NCBI RefSeq assembly: GCF_006345805.1
Contig: NW_021831897.1
Span: forward strand, 1 to 33,952
DNA length: 33,952 nt
DNA from: Octopus sinensis
Lineage: Eukaryota
Reading direction: 5' to 3'
Shown: positions 10,040-22,377 of the stretch, piece by piece
Position numbering within the stretch: the stretch's first letter is position 1
Layout: each line of letters opens with the position of its first letter
The notes under the pieces: generated by a model
The model's database searches: none
What the model was told of the DNA's origin: nothing
The model's input: only the letters and a program-made list of their open reading frames with translations
Position numbers and translations under genes: made by a program

Positions 10040-12230
10040 GAGGTAAGGTTACGTTCTCCAACGTGTCCTTTCTTCTTAGGTAGAGCCTGTCAACAACACT
10101 GTTTCTGTGGAAGTTCCCAATTGTTGTCAGGACTTTGCGGGTTTTGATATTTATGGGGTGAGTTTCCTCTGCAGACCAATCAAGTATCCCAAATGTTGGG
10201 ATCACTACTAGTACTGAAAATCCATTGTGGAATATTGTTCTGTTGTAAGAGGAGAGTTTCGATTGCCATATTTTCCTAAGTCTTGTGTAATACTCTCGGA
10301 TCACTCTGTCTATCTCGGGTCACTCTATCATCTGACACATTTTCGTCTATGCTTAGGTACTTGTAACATTCTTTGTGTGGAATGGGGGAGAAAGAGAGAC
10401 CGTTGATGCACAAGTTTGGGGTTTGGGGGACTGACTTTCTTCGTTTTATAACCAAATACGCACATTTCTTTTGGTAAAATTCCATGCTTATATCAGCCGT
10501 AAATGTTATTAATTCTAGTTGTTTTTTTGGCATTGTTAACACTTTTAGCATAAATCTTCAGGTCGTCTACAAAGAAATTATGAGATCCATTAATATTTCT
10601 GGCAGTTGAAGATGCACAGAACCATTTGTTTTCTGCAGGAGGAACGATAATGGATTCAGTGCCAAAATGAAAAGAAGTACAGAAAGACTATCTCCCCAGA
10701 ATATTCCCTTTGAAATACCTGTAGTATCAGAAACAATCATTCTGTTCTCAGTTGTAAGGGAAAGAATTGTTGTCCATGTCTTTGTGAGTCTCTCTATAGC
10801 AGCTATTAAAGTAGCAGGTACCTTTGCCAGATGTAAGCACTTCAACAGCCATGAATAAGGGCTAGAATAGAATGCTTTCTTATAGTCAAGAGGTTTCTGC
10901 ATTGTTTTCTTACTTCAGGCAGTACAGCTTTGTTTATTCAAAGTTGTTCGGCACATCCCCGCACTCCCTTCTTTCCACCAGCCTGCTCATCAATCACAAT
11001 GCTGTTCGACTCACAATAGTCCTAGGGGAATTGTTGAGGCAACTTGTGTATAGCTTGTAAATAATGTTTAGGCAAGTTTCCTGCCATCTCGGTGATTTCA
11101 TGTTTGGCAACAAGATTTGTCCTTGATGTAGCAAGCCAATTTGGTACATCAGTCTGACCTTCCATAGTCTTTTTGAGCATATATATCAATTGGTTTCTGT
11201 AAAATGTCAGCTTCTTGTACCAATATCCGACAATTAGGTCCCTTCCAGGTGCCTTCCCAATCTGAAGTTTGCCTACTGCTATAGCGAAGGTTTCTGCATC
11301 AAATTTGTATGTTTTACTGTAAGTGGTGGTACAGAATACTCTCTCAATTGTATTTAACCACGATGCATTTAGGTTGAAATCCCTGTTTACGTTCCAAATG
11401 ATTGTAGATCTTCTTAGGAGGGAGCTTTCTTAATATTTTCCTTCCTCATCTTACTGCATAATGCTTGTGGGTTGAAAACAAACTTGCGATCGATACTGGC
11501 TCGCCCCAAAATTCGCATGCGATAGCAGAGTTTCTCGTTTATCGTCCTGAGGTCATGTTTTAAAGCGATTAGCATTCCCTCAAGAACTCGATGTGAAGAG
11601 TTGCCATAGTTTCATTTATTTTTGTCTAAGGTAGAGTTGGTGAGGAGTAAACTCATTTTTCTCCTTACATTTTATTGTTGTAGTTAACCATCCAATATGG
11701 CGGTGCACATTGTTGATGTTTACTTCAAGTTTTGTTTTCCATGTACGTTGTTTCTGTTTAGTAATTTCGCTACTTTGTTCACTGTAGGATCGAGGACCAG
11801 TTGATTTTTTTTTTTTTTACAAAAGATGCTTGTTGTCGGGGCTGTTTCGCCGTGAAGGTAAGTTGGGGTGAGCTTCGTCCCAGTATTGCTTTAACCGATT
11901 GAAGGGTCATCTCGGGCTTTTTCTTAGCACCGAAGTAAATCTTGGTTTAGTTGTTGAGTTCAAGTAAAATGAGAAGAGTACTTACATCTTCTTAAATAAC
12001 TTACTGGTGAAGTAGTTTTGTTTTCATCGGGGGTGACGTTACTTTCATCTGTGGTAATGTTTCAGCCATAATCATGATAGCAAGATTTCACGTGGTGTAG
12101 GTGTATATTTTAAAATCTGTTCAGGATAACGCTACGATGGTGAGTAAAAGGAGTTTCTCTTATCAATTGCTGGAGAAATAAACCAGTTACCTATTTAGGC
12201 TGAAGCAGTCGGTATATTTCTGGAGGAAGG
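10040..12230 (-). mobile_element. decayed R4-clade (Dong/Rex6-like) non-LTR retrotransposon, RT region, 3' truncated
   Basis: Fragments: KAPGRDLIVGYWYKKL; DYKKAFYSSPYSWLLKCL; KGIFWGDSLSVLLFILALNPLSFLL (RT motif GIFQGDSLS); FVDDLK at ~10555-10575; EYYTRLRKIWQSKLSSYN...TFGILDWS..E...INIKTRKVLT..GNFHRNSVVDRLYLRRK. Many stops and frameshifts. Confidence 0.85.
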
Positions 12231-12294
12231 TGTTCAAAACGGACTTTTTAAACGGTCCTCTATACCTGCATGTCTGATGTTGACGGCGCCCTTA

Positions 12295-12605
12295 TGTATG
12301 CATGCATGTATGTATGTATGTATGTATGTATGTATGTATGTATGTATGTATGTATGTATGCATGCATGCATGTATGTATGTATGTATGTATGTATGTATG
12401 TATGTATGTATGTATGTACGTACGTACGTACGTACGTACGTACGTATGTATGTATGTATGTATGTATGTATGTATGTATGTATGTATGTATGCATGCATG
12501 TATGTATGTATGTATGCATGTATGTATGTATGTATGTATGTATGTATGTATGTATGCATGCATGCATGTATGTATGTATGTATGTATGTATGTATCTATG
12601 TATGA
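12295..12605. repeat. (TATG)n/(TACG)n/(CATG) tetranucleotide array
   Basis: Direct reading. Confidence 0.95.
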
Positions 12606-12795
12606 CTGTAGTTTTGTTCGTCATTCACGACAGCTTGGCAACTATAGCTGGTTTGTTTACGTCCCCGTAACTTAGCGGTAGGTAAAAGAAATCTGTTTGA
12701 ATAAGTGCCAGGTATTGATCCATTTAACGGAATGTCATCAAGACAGTGCTCCAGCATGGTCGAAGTCTAAAGACTAAAACAAATAAAAGAATAAA
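12606..12795 (+). mobile_element. SINE family A, diverged 3' half
   Basis: gtttacgtccccgtaacttagcgg...gtgctccagcatgg...gactaaaacaaataaaagaataaaa. Confidence 0.8.
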
Positions 12796-13289
12796 ATGAT
12801 ACATAAATACTTATACTCACAAACATGTATACAATGTATACATATGCATACATACATATGTACAAATATGTATAAACATATGTATACACCCACGCACATA
12901 TGTCCATATGTTTATACATAAGTAGACCAGTTCACTGAAGAACATCAAAAATAAAATAAAATACAGGAAAACATACACATCAGACAGCACAGATATAAAT
13001 TCTCAAACTGCTTGATGCGTATGATATGAATCAAATACATACTAACAGGAGAATAGATAAACACTTTCTTCAAAAGCGTCATAGAACAGAACGGAAATCC
13101 ATTCTAACAAGCCATGAATTAATATTAATGATGTATTTGTGGACTCTTCTGTTGTAGCCCGCTGATGAAAGCTTTGCAATTTCTTGCAGAATAACCTTCA
13201 CGGATGATTAGCTTATAGTGATCAGAAGTTTGTGTTGTGCATTAGCTCACAGTCTCCATCAAATGGACATTACTTTCGTAGGTGTATAA

Positions 13290-13435
13290 TGTGCCACGAG
13301 TTTGGTGTCGAAGTGATCACAGAACAACGTGAAATGAGGTGTTTTGCTCAAGAATAAAAAACGGCACCGGGCCCGGGATTCCAACCCACAATCTAGCGAT
13401 CGAGAGTGCAACAGCATAACCACGATATACATGTA
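13290..13435 (-). mobile_element. SINE family B, 5' part
   Basis: agaacaacgtgaaatgaggtgttttgctcaaga...gggattccaacccacaatc matches 7540-7640. Confidence 0.65.
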
Positions 13436-13523
13436 TCAGAGAGACAAAAATCGTCTCGGCAGTGGTTAGCGAGAATGTCGGACTTGCACTTCGGTTACGA
13501 TTTGCCTTATCAATAATGTGTAT

Positions 13524-13595
13524 TCCCGATCTGAGAATCGAAACCATGTTCTCGCAATCGTAAGTCCATCACTCTGTCCACTCGGTCACGCAACC
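13524..13595 (-). other. tRNA-like Pol III head (A and B boxes), probable SINE relic
   Basis: Reverse complement GGTTGCGTGACCGAGTGG...GGTTTCGATTCTC; no clean cloverleaf. Confidence 0.35.
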
Positions 13596-13666
13596 TCCAA
13601 TGATATACTACAAAAACATTAACGATATCGAACCACAAGTCGTATAAACCCGCGCATCAACTATCA

Positions 13667-13945
13667 TTGGACAATGTAATTTATAAATACGATTGCCAAG
13701 GTGGAAACTTTAAACTTCATGTTACTAATTATTGGATTAGCTATACAAGCACGTTACTAATCAGTCAGAACACCATAGACTTACAACAAAGAAGCAACTG
13801 CATTGCACTACAACACACACCTTAAAAACAAACACCGTTAATGCAACATTAGTACACAACGATTATGAACACACCAGAGAGACTTCCATAATAGACCATT
13901 ACTGATAGAAGCAATAAAACAATCTAATGCCAAAATAAACACACG
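13667..13945 (+). mobile_element. Penelope-like element GIY-YIG endonuclease relic
   Basis: LDNVIYKYDCQ ... (Y)IG.YTSTL ... NATLVHN ... LIEAIKQSNAKIN with frameshifts; fits the PLE EN pattern NVVYKF.C / YIG.T.TTL / LEAL.IK...P.IN. Confidence 0.5.
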
Positions 13946-14169
13946 GACATTGCTTTATAGTCAGAAACAAAGCTTAACACCTGATTGCTGAAATAACAGG
14001 AAAAACTGATATGGCAACCATAAAGTTGATATAGAGTGGAATCAAACATATTGGTTCTAGCTTCTGTAAAAAGCAGCAATACATGTCAGCAGCACGAAAT
14101 TTTTGCAGACGTGACTGTGAAGGTTTAAAAGAATTGAAGATGGTATAGGAAGTCTGACGTTCCAAACAA

Positions 14170-14197
14170 TACACACACCACACATACACACCACACA

Positions 14198-14264
<67 letters not shown>

Positions 14265-14310
14265 ACACACATATATTATATTAATATATATATATATAAA
14301 TATATATATA

Positions 14311-14341
<31 letters not shown>

Positions 14342-14359
14342 TATATATATATATATTAT
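14170..14359. repeat. (CA)n(TA)n microsatellite
   Basis: Direct reading. Confidence 0.95.
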
Positions 14360-14669
14360 ATATCTTCTAATGAGGACGTAATAATAATCATAAAGGTAAG
14401 TGTGATAAGGCAATTAAAGATGCAGGTTACAGAGGTAGAATTAAATATATCCCATACATGAATACAACGAATAGAAATAAAATACAATAATAGAAATAAA
14501 ATAACGAGGGGAATTAGATGAGCTATGAATGATACCAATAAATTCACTTATCACGAAAACCACAGTGATAACTCAAAACATTATCTGTAGAAACCGAGTC
14601 CTAGCACCACTAATGGCGGTATTAATGCGCATAGCCTAGATAATACAACTAATAATAATAAACATATAC

Positions 14670-14901
14670 CTATTCCTTTACTACCCACAGGGGGCTAAAC
14701 ACAGAGGGACAAACAAGGACAGACACATGGATTAAGTCGATTACATCAACCCCAGTGCGTAACTGGTACTTATTTAATCGACCCCGAAATGATGAAAGGC
14801 AAAGTCGACCTCGGTGGAATTTGAACTCAGAACGTAGCCGCAGACGAAATACCGCAAAGCATCTCGCCCGGCGTGCTAACGTTTCTGCCAGCTCGCCGCC
14901 T
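14670..14901 (-). mobile_element. tRNA-derived SINE family C with 17-bp target-site duplication
   Basis: Head ggcggcgagctggcagaaacgttagcacg...gagttcaaattcc; perfect TSD taataataaacatatac at 14653-14669 and 14902-14918. Confidence 0.9.
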
Positions 14902-15467
14902 TAATAATAAACATATACACCACACGCATCACTCTAACAGCTATAAACATGTGTCGTTCGGCAGGATTACCAGTAAAACGAGAGACACTAACTGGCTCAT
15001 ACTCCCATATGCGATGCAAATAAAGACCGACTTAGCTAATATTTAATATTATAAATAATCACTTTGATCAGAATAGCAAGTATTCGAAACTTATTATTGT
15101 AGAGTAATAAAGATAGGTTATCGTCTCTTGCATAGCTTAGCCAGCATCATTTCCTCCCTAAATAATAAAAAAAAACTAGACATTTCCTATTCAAAGAGAA
15201 GCAACAATAACGACAGCAGTAATAGTAAGAATAAAAACAATAAATCCTGTAACCACCCCAGATTTAGTAAAGGGAACAATCGGAACCATAATAACCCTAT
15301 TAATCTTAATAGACCTAGCACTATCACACCAGAAAGTAACCCCCCTTCCTACAGCACAATCTATGTGACTGTAGGAATAAAGATAATTGCGCCCTTGGAA
15401 ATAGTTGTAAAAGTAAAGATGTAATTTACCAGTGCGCTGTCACAACACAGTATAGTAAAAGGATATA

Positions 15468-16138
15468 CACAGACATGCAGGAAGTAAATAGACACCTTGA
15501 ATTTTCAAAATCTTTTATTTAATACGAAAAGCGAACAACTGAAATGCAATCGATAGGTAGCACTACATTCTTTAGTACTTAGTTGACATTCCCTTCGCAG
15601 CTTTTAATTCAGACACTTTTTTTTATATTGAACTGATGAGCTTTATGATTGTTTCTTGTGGGGGTCTTCTATCTGCTCGTCCATAATACCCGTTCTTGGA
15701 CTAACTTCTAGCTGTTTTGCAATGTCAGAAGCTTTCGAACAGGGTTCGTTTTCCACAATTCTCTTCAAACAGCGAAGCTTCCTTTCCGAGGGCCCAGGTC
15801 GGCCGGGACAAGAATCTGTTGATTCTTTTCCTTGGCTTTTGAATTGCATTATAATTCTATTAAGAGTAGCACGAGGAATTTGAAGATTTTTGGCGATTTT
15901 TCGCTGGCTAAGACCAGTCTCAGATTGCCCAACAATACGACCTTCTCTAAAAATCTGACAGTTCTGCTGAATTTTTTGTGTGTGGCATGGTTTTTTCTTC
16001 GCAAATGTTTAATATAATGGCATCTGGAATTAAAAAGAACAATTACATTGTAAATTCTGCACCACTGAAACATATTAAGAAGGTTAGATCAGAAATTTTG
16101 ATAATTAAAGGTGTCTTTTTACTTCCTTCATGTCTGTG
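15468..16138 (-). mobile_element. internally deleted Tc1-family transposon with both TIRs and TA TSD
   Basis: TIRs of about 45 bp (cacagacatgcaggaagtaaatagacacc... / ...ggtgtctttttacttccttcatgtctgtg), TA at 15466-67 and 16139-40. Transposase N-terminus [39 protein letters not shown]....CPGRP, C-terminus AAKGMSTKY*; DDE core deleted. Confidence 0.92.
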
Positions 16139-17285
16139 TACATATGAGCCACCCAAAATGATATGAAACGAAGACTAGTCGCAGAAATAGAAACAGGATT
16201 AACTCAACCGGATTAAGTAAATATATTTGGGAACTTAAACATAAAGATAATAAATTCGCTTTAGAAAATCCTCGCCTCCGCACTTTCGTACAATGTAAAA
16301 AACAAGAAATGCCATCTTTGCATCAATGAAGTATTTTTCATACTAGCGGCACACCACCCATTACTTAATTTGAGAGAAGAGAGAAACACAGCCTGCTTGC
16401 ACAAGGGGAAGTTTACCTTCGCTAAATATAAATAGTATTAGAGACCCTTGCACCATCCCAAAAAGTAGCCCTTCACCACAGAAATATTAAATGAAGGCGT
16501 ATATAAACTCCTAAATTATAGGTGTTCCAATAGTAATATCCCTACCCCTTCACCAACATATCCGAGTTTAAATCTCTCCCCACCCATAACTAACTACATA
16601 ATATATATATTTATTAAGCCATTTCTCCTTCATATAACGCACACCTTTAACAAATGCCAGTTCTTTCAATCATGAAGCTAATTTTGAATACAGAGGGCAT
16701 CAGAACTTACCCCCAATGATTAACCCCATGTAAGGGAGCCTGTACCCGCCATCTCAGCTATGGCTGTACTGGCAACCAATTTTACTTATCTCAACTTATT
16801 ATACCATGGGTGAGCTCGTTTTCACTAGCTTCGGTCTGGACTTAATTTTCGGCCAGCTTTCTGGTCTACCTCCATTTATAGTGAACTCAATTCGAATTAC
16901 CCATTTAGGAACAACACAACCTACCACCCGTAGAACATAACTTAATTTTAACAACTTAATATTAACTGCACCCCTCTCTAGAGGGTCTGTATTTGGCACT
17001 GCAGTAGACGCCTTCCCATGGGCTGTTATTACCCTTGGGTATATTGTGCATGAATGGAAGTAAAATTTTGTGGTCGACTCCATATGGCTGCACCCACGCA
17101 AGGGTTAATATAACGACAAGTTTAGTAATATGAACAATCAAATATCAATTATGATATATATTAAGTAATATTTAGTAAACTATAGTATGACCCTGACTTG
17201 TAACCATATTAGTAATTAGCAAGTGATTTAACTTGTAATCCTTTAACTACTTTGGATTTTTGTTTAATAGTATTCCTCTACTATT

Positions 17286-17692
17286 CTCTTTACTCTCTTT
17301 TACTTGTTTCAGTCATTTGACTGCGGCCATGCTGGAGCACCGCCTTTAGTCGAGAAAATCGACCCCGGGACTTATTCTTTGTAAGCCCAGTACTTATTCT
17401 ATCGGTCTTTTTTGCCGAACCGCTAAGTGACGGGGACATAAACACACCAGCATCGGTTGTCAAACAATGCTAGGGGGACAAATACACACAAACACACACA
17501 CACATACATATATATATATACATATATACGACAGGCTTCTTTCAGTTCCCGTCTACCAAATCCACTCACAAGGCATTGGTCGGCCCGGGGCTATAGCAGA
17601 AGACACTTGCCCAAGATGCCACGCAGTGGGACTGAACCCGGAACCATTTGGCTGGTTAGCAAGCTACTTACCACACAGCCACTCCTGCGCCT
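17286..17692 (-). mobile_element. SINE family A, full-length, least diverged copy
   Basis: Complete head aggcgcaggagtggctgtgtggtaagtagc...ggttcagtccc on the - strand, short internal CA/TA tract, (CTTTTA)n tail. Confidence 0.92.
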
Positions 17693-18575
17693 ATAATATA
17701 CTATATATATTAACAATTTTTCCATATAAGTGTTTATAGGACATTGTATATAAATTTGTTTGTATACTTATGTGCACCCCTAAACTCATAAATTCTCTTA
17801 TATTCATAATACACAATACTCTTCTATTACTTGAATATTACTACAAACCTAATACCACACTATACACCCTCTCACATTACGCCAAACTAGCTCTTTATCT
17901 CATATTTTATATTTATACTTAAACATAGTTACATATCAATGCATATTAAACAATCTTTTCTGCATTTTCATTCCCAGCTCATTTATTTCCCCTACATTGT
18001 TATTTATCCGTATCCATACGTCCTATAATAAATCTCTGAGCGCTTTTTCCCCCATCTTTATAGCCACAGCAAGTATTTACTATCTAAATGTAATATTAAC
18101 AACTATTTCTCCGCTTTTACTTATTTTCAGTTTCAGTTAAAACCTAACTGGAATCACACATATCTTTCTTTCTCACAAGGATAAATATGAATATCCAAGA
18201 TCCTATTCTGCTTTTTCCTTTCTCAAGTCCTGTGTAAAAAAAATCTTGTTTATAATTCTTGCATTGAATACAGTGATATATAATTAATTTAATTTAACCT
18301 AATTAATTTAATTAATCCTATTCAACCATGAATTTGCATGCTTTTTATATCGCTGCATTAAAATTCTCTTACATATTTTAACACATTCTCTTCTTCATTT
18401 TTATCAAAATTGTTGAGTTTTATGATATTTCTTTCAATAAATTCACAATACACCATATGCAGGCATTATTTTCATATTCGCAATTTTACACCAGTAAGCT
18501 ACCAGCATAAGAAGAATCTATATTAGAAATATTTTTCTGGAAACCTCCAAATTAAAGGACGAATCTCATTCAATC

Positions 18576-18580
<5 letters not shown>

Positions 18581-18662
<82 letters not shown>

Positions 18663-18960
18663 CACACACACACACACACACACATATATGTATATTTAAT
18701 CTATCTATCTATCGACTATCTATCTATCTATCTATATATACATATATATATATATAACACCCACCCATACATATGTATCCACATATATATATACATACAT
18801 ATACATATATATCTATATATATGTATATATATATGGATATATACGTATGGATATATATATATTATATATATATATTATATATATAATATTATATATCTAT
18901 ATATCATATATATATATATATATAGTTGTGTGTGTGTATGTTTATATGTATATAAATATA
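18581..18960. repeat. long (CA)n plus TATC/TA microsatellite
   Basis: Direct reading. Confidence 0.95.
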
Positions 18961-19489
18961 TGTGATGTAAATATGTATGTGTCTGTGGACCTTAGTGTAA
19001 TTGAAGTATTTTCGTGACATATTTTCACTAATAAAGGCAAATTTACTGCAGTTTACTGCAGTTTACTGTGGAAAAAAAAATTATGTTAAATGGTGTAAAG
19101 AAAAAACCCCAGCTTATCTACAAAATGTCTTCCCCTATTTATCGAGACAAAAAGTATTTTCCCCTAGATACTGAGATTCGTTTTAACTAAAATAAAGTGT
19201 CTTGATCAAAACAAAGCCACTACTCGGTGCAGAAACTAGGCCAACGTTCTAGGGATCTTGACCGAATATCGACGAGACTAAACAACTCCACACATACATA
19301 AAAACAAGTAAATATGGCAAACAGAAATGAAGTGCTGTAAACATGATCGTCTTCTAATGTTATTTTTTTGATTGGAATTTTATCAATTTAGCATTTTCTT
19401 TCGCATATTTTCGTTTTATTTCTTAAGTTTCTTTAGAGTAGCTATGATGTAAAATCCATCGCTAACATTTCTAGAGCTTCATGCACTCA

Positions 19490-19640
19490 ACTTCAAATTG
19501 AGAAACGCTTCCTATGAACTTAGGAAGTTTACTATAGCAAACAAACTGCTAGGAACTTATAGGAAAGATGAGGTAAATGTTGATGAAATAAGTGAGAACA
19601 GAAGACGTGGTGACGGTTATGCAACACAACTTCAACAAAT
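19490..19640 (+). mobile_element. possible mariner transposase N-terminal relic
   Basis: SYELRK / TARNL / GKDEVN loosely match LYEFKLG..A.ETARNI..AFG.D.VN; highly decayed. Confidence 0.3.
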
Positions 19641-19931
19641 GTTCTCAAATATATTTATACATGCACATACACACACCCATATACTTATTTAAATGTGTGT
19701 GGTGGGGTGAGCATGTGCACTTTTATGTGTGTAGGTGTGTGTATATCTGAAAAAAATTTATATATACAGAAGTTTAATTTTTAGAGAAATATACATTTCA
19801 ACCCTGTAGAAATACTAATAAAAATACTAACACTTATGTATGTATGTATGTATGTATGTATGTATGTATGTATGTATGTATGTATGTATGTATGTATACA
19901 TGCATGTAGTATGTATGTATGTATGTATATA

Positions 19932-19968
<37 letters not shown>

Positions 19969-20140
19969 ATAAATATTAGGGATAAATCCAAATTTACAAG
20001 GAAAAAAATCAGATTTATGATTAAATCGATTTTATAGTAAAATATTATAAAATATATTCGAGACAAAACCACTATTTTGCAAAACAAACAAGGAAAGACT
20101 TAATCAATACATAAATTTTAATAAATAGTCAAAAAAACCG

Positions 20141-20183
20141 CCACTACAATCGTTTCTTGTCTTGATCGACAATCTTCAGGTGG
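20141..20183 (-). ncRNA. minimal type I hammerhead ribozyme motif (PLE-associated)
   Basis: CCAC-CUGAAGA-UUGUC gaucaa GACAA-GAAA-C gauu G-UA^-GUGG: stem I CCAC/GUGG, stem II 5 bp, 1-bp stem III, GUA cleavage triplet. Confidence 0.7.
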
Positions 20184-20218
20184 ACTTCCAATAATTCAGT
20201 GGTCAAATTATTGGAAGT

Positions 20219-20260
20219 CCACCTGAAGATTGTCGATCAAGACAAGAACGATTGTAGTGG
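20219..20260 (+). ncRNA. second hammerhead copy with GAAA reduced to GAA
   Basis: Mirror copy of 20141-20183 missing one conserved A (a real mutation or a homopolymer error). Confidence 0.5.
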
Positions 20261-20381
20261 CGGTTTTTTTGACTATTTATTAAAATTTTATGTATTGATT
20301 AAGTCTTTCCTTGTTTGTTTTGCAAATAGTGGTTTTGTCTCGAATAATATTTTATATATATATAAATATTATAATATATAA

Positions 20382-20436
20382 AAAGTTATTTTTAGTAACC
20401 ATAGCTAGTCCGGGAACTGTTTGATACCACCTCGTG
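20382..20436 (-). mobile_element. isolated mariner-like terminal repeat in a TA tract
   Basis: Reverse complement TA|CACGAGGTGGTATCAAACAGTTCCCGGACTAG resembles mariner TIRs of the CGAGG..G..TCAAAAAGTT..CGGACT type. Confidence 0.35.
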
Positions 20437-20451
20437 TATATATTACATATA

Positions 20452-20545
<94 letters not shown>

Positions 20546-20860
20546 GTATGTATGTATATATGCATATACATACACATGTATATATGTGCATATATACAGG
20601 TATATCTATATAATATATTATATATTATATATATATATATATATACAGCTATGTTTATATATATATATGCATATTGGCTAAACTGGCATATGACCATTCC
20701 GAAATATAACATATATATTCTATATATCTAATATTATATGCATATATATATATAGTACGAACATACACATATATGCATGTATGAATATTTATGTACATAC
20801 ATATACATGTATATATATATATATACATACATATATTACACATATTTGTTTTTTGTATGA

Positions 20861-21955
20861 GTCCATTACTCCTTCACCTGCACTTCTAGTAACGTCATCT
20901 CATACTCTCTCTGCCTTTCTCTATACATCGGTTAAACGGGACGCCGCTTGGCTGACCGTATCGTAGAACACCTCCGAGAATCCGACTCGGCAACGACACT
21001 CCGATCACGCGCCACTTCCGCTCTACCGGTCACTCTTTACAATACCTGTCTGTGTTCGGATTGTCCTTGCACAGGGGACATCTGGACACCAGTCTTCGCC
21101 GTGAGCATGGATTAATCTTCTCTCTTCGTTCTTTTGTGCCACATGGGCTCAACTCTCCTCCCCTCTTCATCTAACCAGCATCCTCTCTCCTCTCTTCCTT
21201 TCATACCTACTTCCTACCAGCCCCCTCTCCTTTCTTGCTCTGGCACCTCCTTCCTCTCTTCCCTCTTACCCATTTTCTCCCTTCCACCCTCTCACTTCAT
21301 CGTCACCCTCCCTCGTTACTCTACCTCTACACATTCCAACCCCACCATCCCTATTCATCCCAACCCACACCATCCCACTCCACCATCCTTTAGACTCCAC
21401 CCTTGCTTCCCCTACACACCAACACCACCATACCACACGACACACCACCACAACCCAACACAACACCACACCACACCACAACACCACACACCACCACACC
21501 ACACACCACCATACCACACTACACCACATCACACCACCCCGCACACACTAGTACTGACCCCTTCCCAGCACCTACACCATCATCCACTCACCTACACATG
21601 CACACGCAAATGTCAATGTCGCCAACCCCCTCCCACACGCACGCACACGCACATACACGCACTCACATACACACGCGCACGCACCTTCGTTTTGGAATCA
21701 CCACTAGTTTATTATCTCCCCTTCTTCTTAGCTCTCTTGTGTGAGCCCTCTCTCCGGCATTCGCCATGAAAGATCGCTAGCCAGTATACTTTTTTCTATT
21801 TTCTCTCCCTGTTTATTTCTGTGTTTCTTTCTGTCGAAGAGCGTAGGCTCGAAAGATAAAATATTTTCTCACTTCCTGATCGTTAAACTAATACGTCTGT
21901 TTGTTGTTTACACACCCGTCTTCGTCTTTTGTTTTTTTTGTAAATTCTCACTATA
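20861..21955 (+). mobile_element. Penelope-like element 3' portion: GIY-YIG relic, C-rich low-complexity UTR and terminal (pLTR-like) segment
   Basis: 20861-21153: TSSNVI..SLC.SLYIG*TGRRLADRIVEHLR..GNDTP..RHFRSTGHSLQYLSVFGL..H..LIFSLRSFVPHGLN. The terminus ...gtaaattctcac abuts (TA)n. Confidence 0.85.
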
Positions 21956-22214
21956 TATATGTATGTATATAAACAAATAAATACTTACACGTTTAACTAT
22001 TTATACAGTTCTATATATTTAAGTTTATACCTAAAAATTCGCATAATTTTCTGGGATAATAAAGTTTTATTTATAGGCCAATCAAATGAATTTATAATAA
22101 TCTTCCAGGAAATTGCTTAAAAATTAATTTGATAAAAAATTTTCGTTAATTCATCCGTGATAATTACACACACACCACATATATATATATATACATGTAC
22201 ATATATATATACAT

Positions 22215-22280
<66 letters not shown>

Positions 22281-22297
22281 TATACACAACACACATA

Positions 22298-22377
22298 TTC
22301 CCGAGCGTTAAAACTAATACATCTGTTTGTTGTTTACACACCTGTATTCGTCTTTGTTTTTTTTTGTAAATTCTCAC

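Larger units (their letters stand above)
14360..16435 (+). mobile_element. Neptune-like Penelope element pseudo-ORF (RT thumb, Zn knuckle, GIY-YIG), split by SINE and Tc1 insertions
   Basis: Collinear fragments: SSNEDV..CDKAIKDAGY; WLILPYAMQIKTDL; INNHF..SKYSKLI; IKIGYRLLHSLASIISSLNNKK; CDCRNKDNCALGNSCKSKDVIYQCAV..KRIY | I*ATQNDMKRR; STGLSKYIWELK; KILAS..YNVKNKKCHLCINEVFFI..LLNLREE..TACLHKGKF.*. The AT-rich sequence downstream to ~18580 may be its 3' UTR. Confidence 0.85.
20046..20356. repeat. long inverted repeat (palindrome), ~151-bp arms, 9-nt spacer
   Basis: Arms 20046-20196 and 20206-20356; by manual alignment they differ only by four single-base homopolymer indels. Spacer cagtggtca. 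Confidence 0.95.

Noticed and set aside
12295-12605. Regular repeat arrays as CRISPR-like structures
   Set aside because: Simple tandem repeats with no unique spacers, in a eukaryotic context.
13164-13200. CTGATGA here (and CTGAAGA at ~3083, ~12935) as hammerhead cores
   Set aside because: No stem II followed by GAAA, and no stem I pairing.
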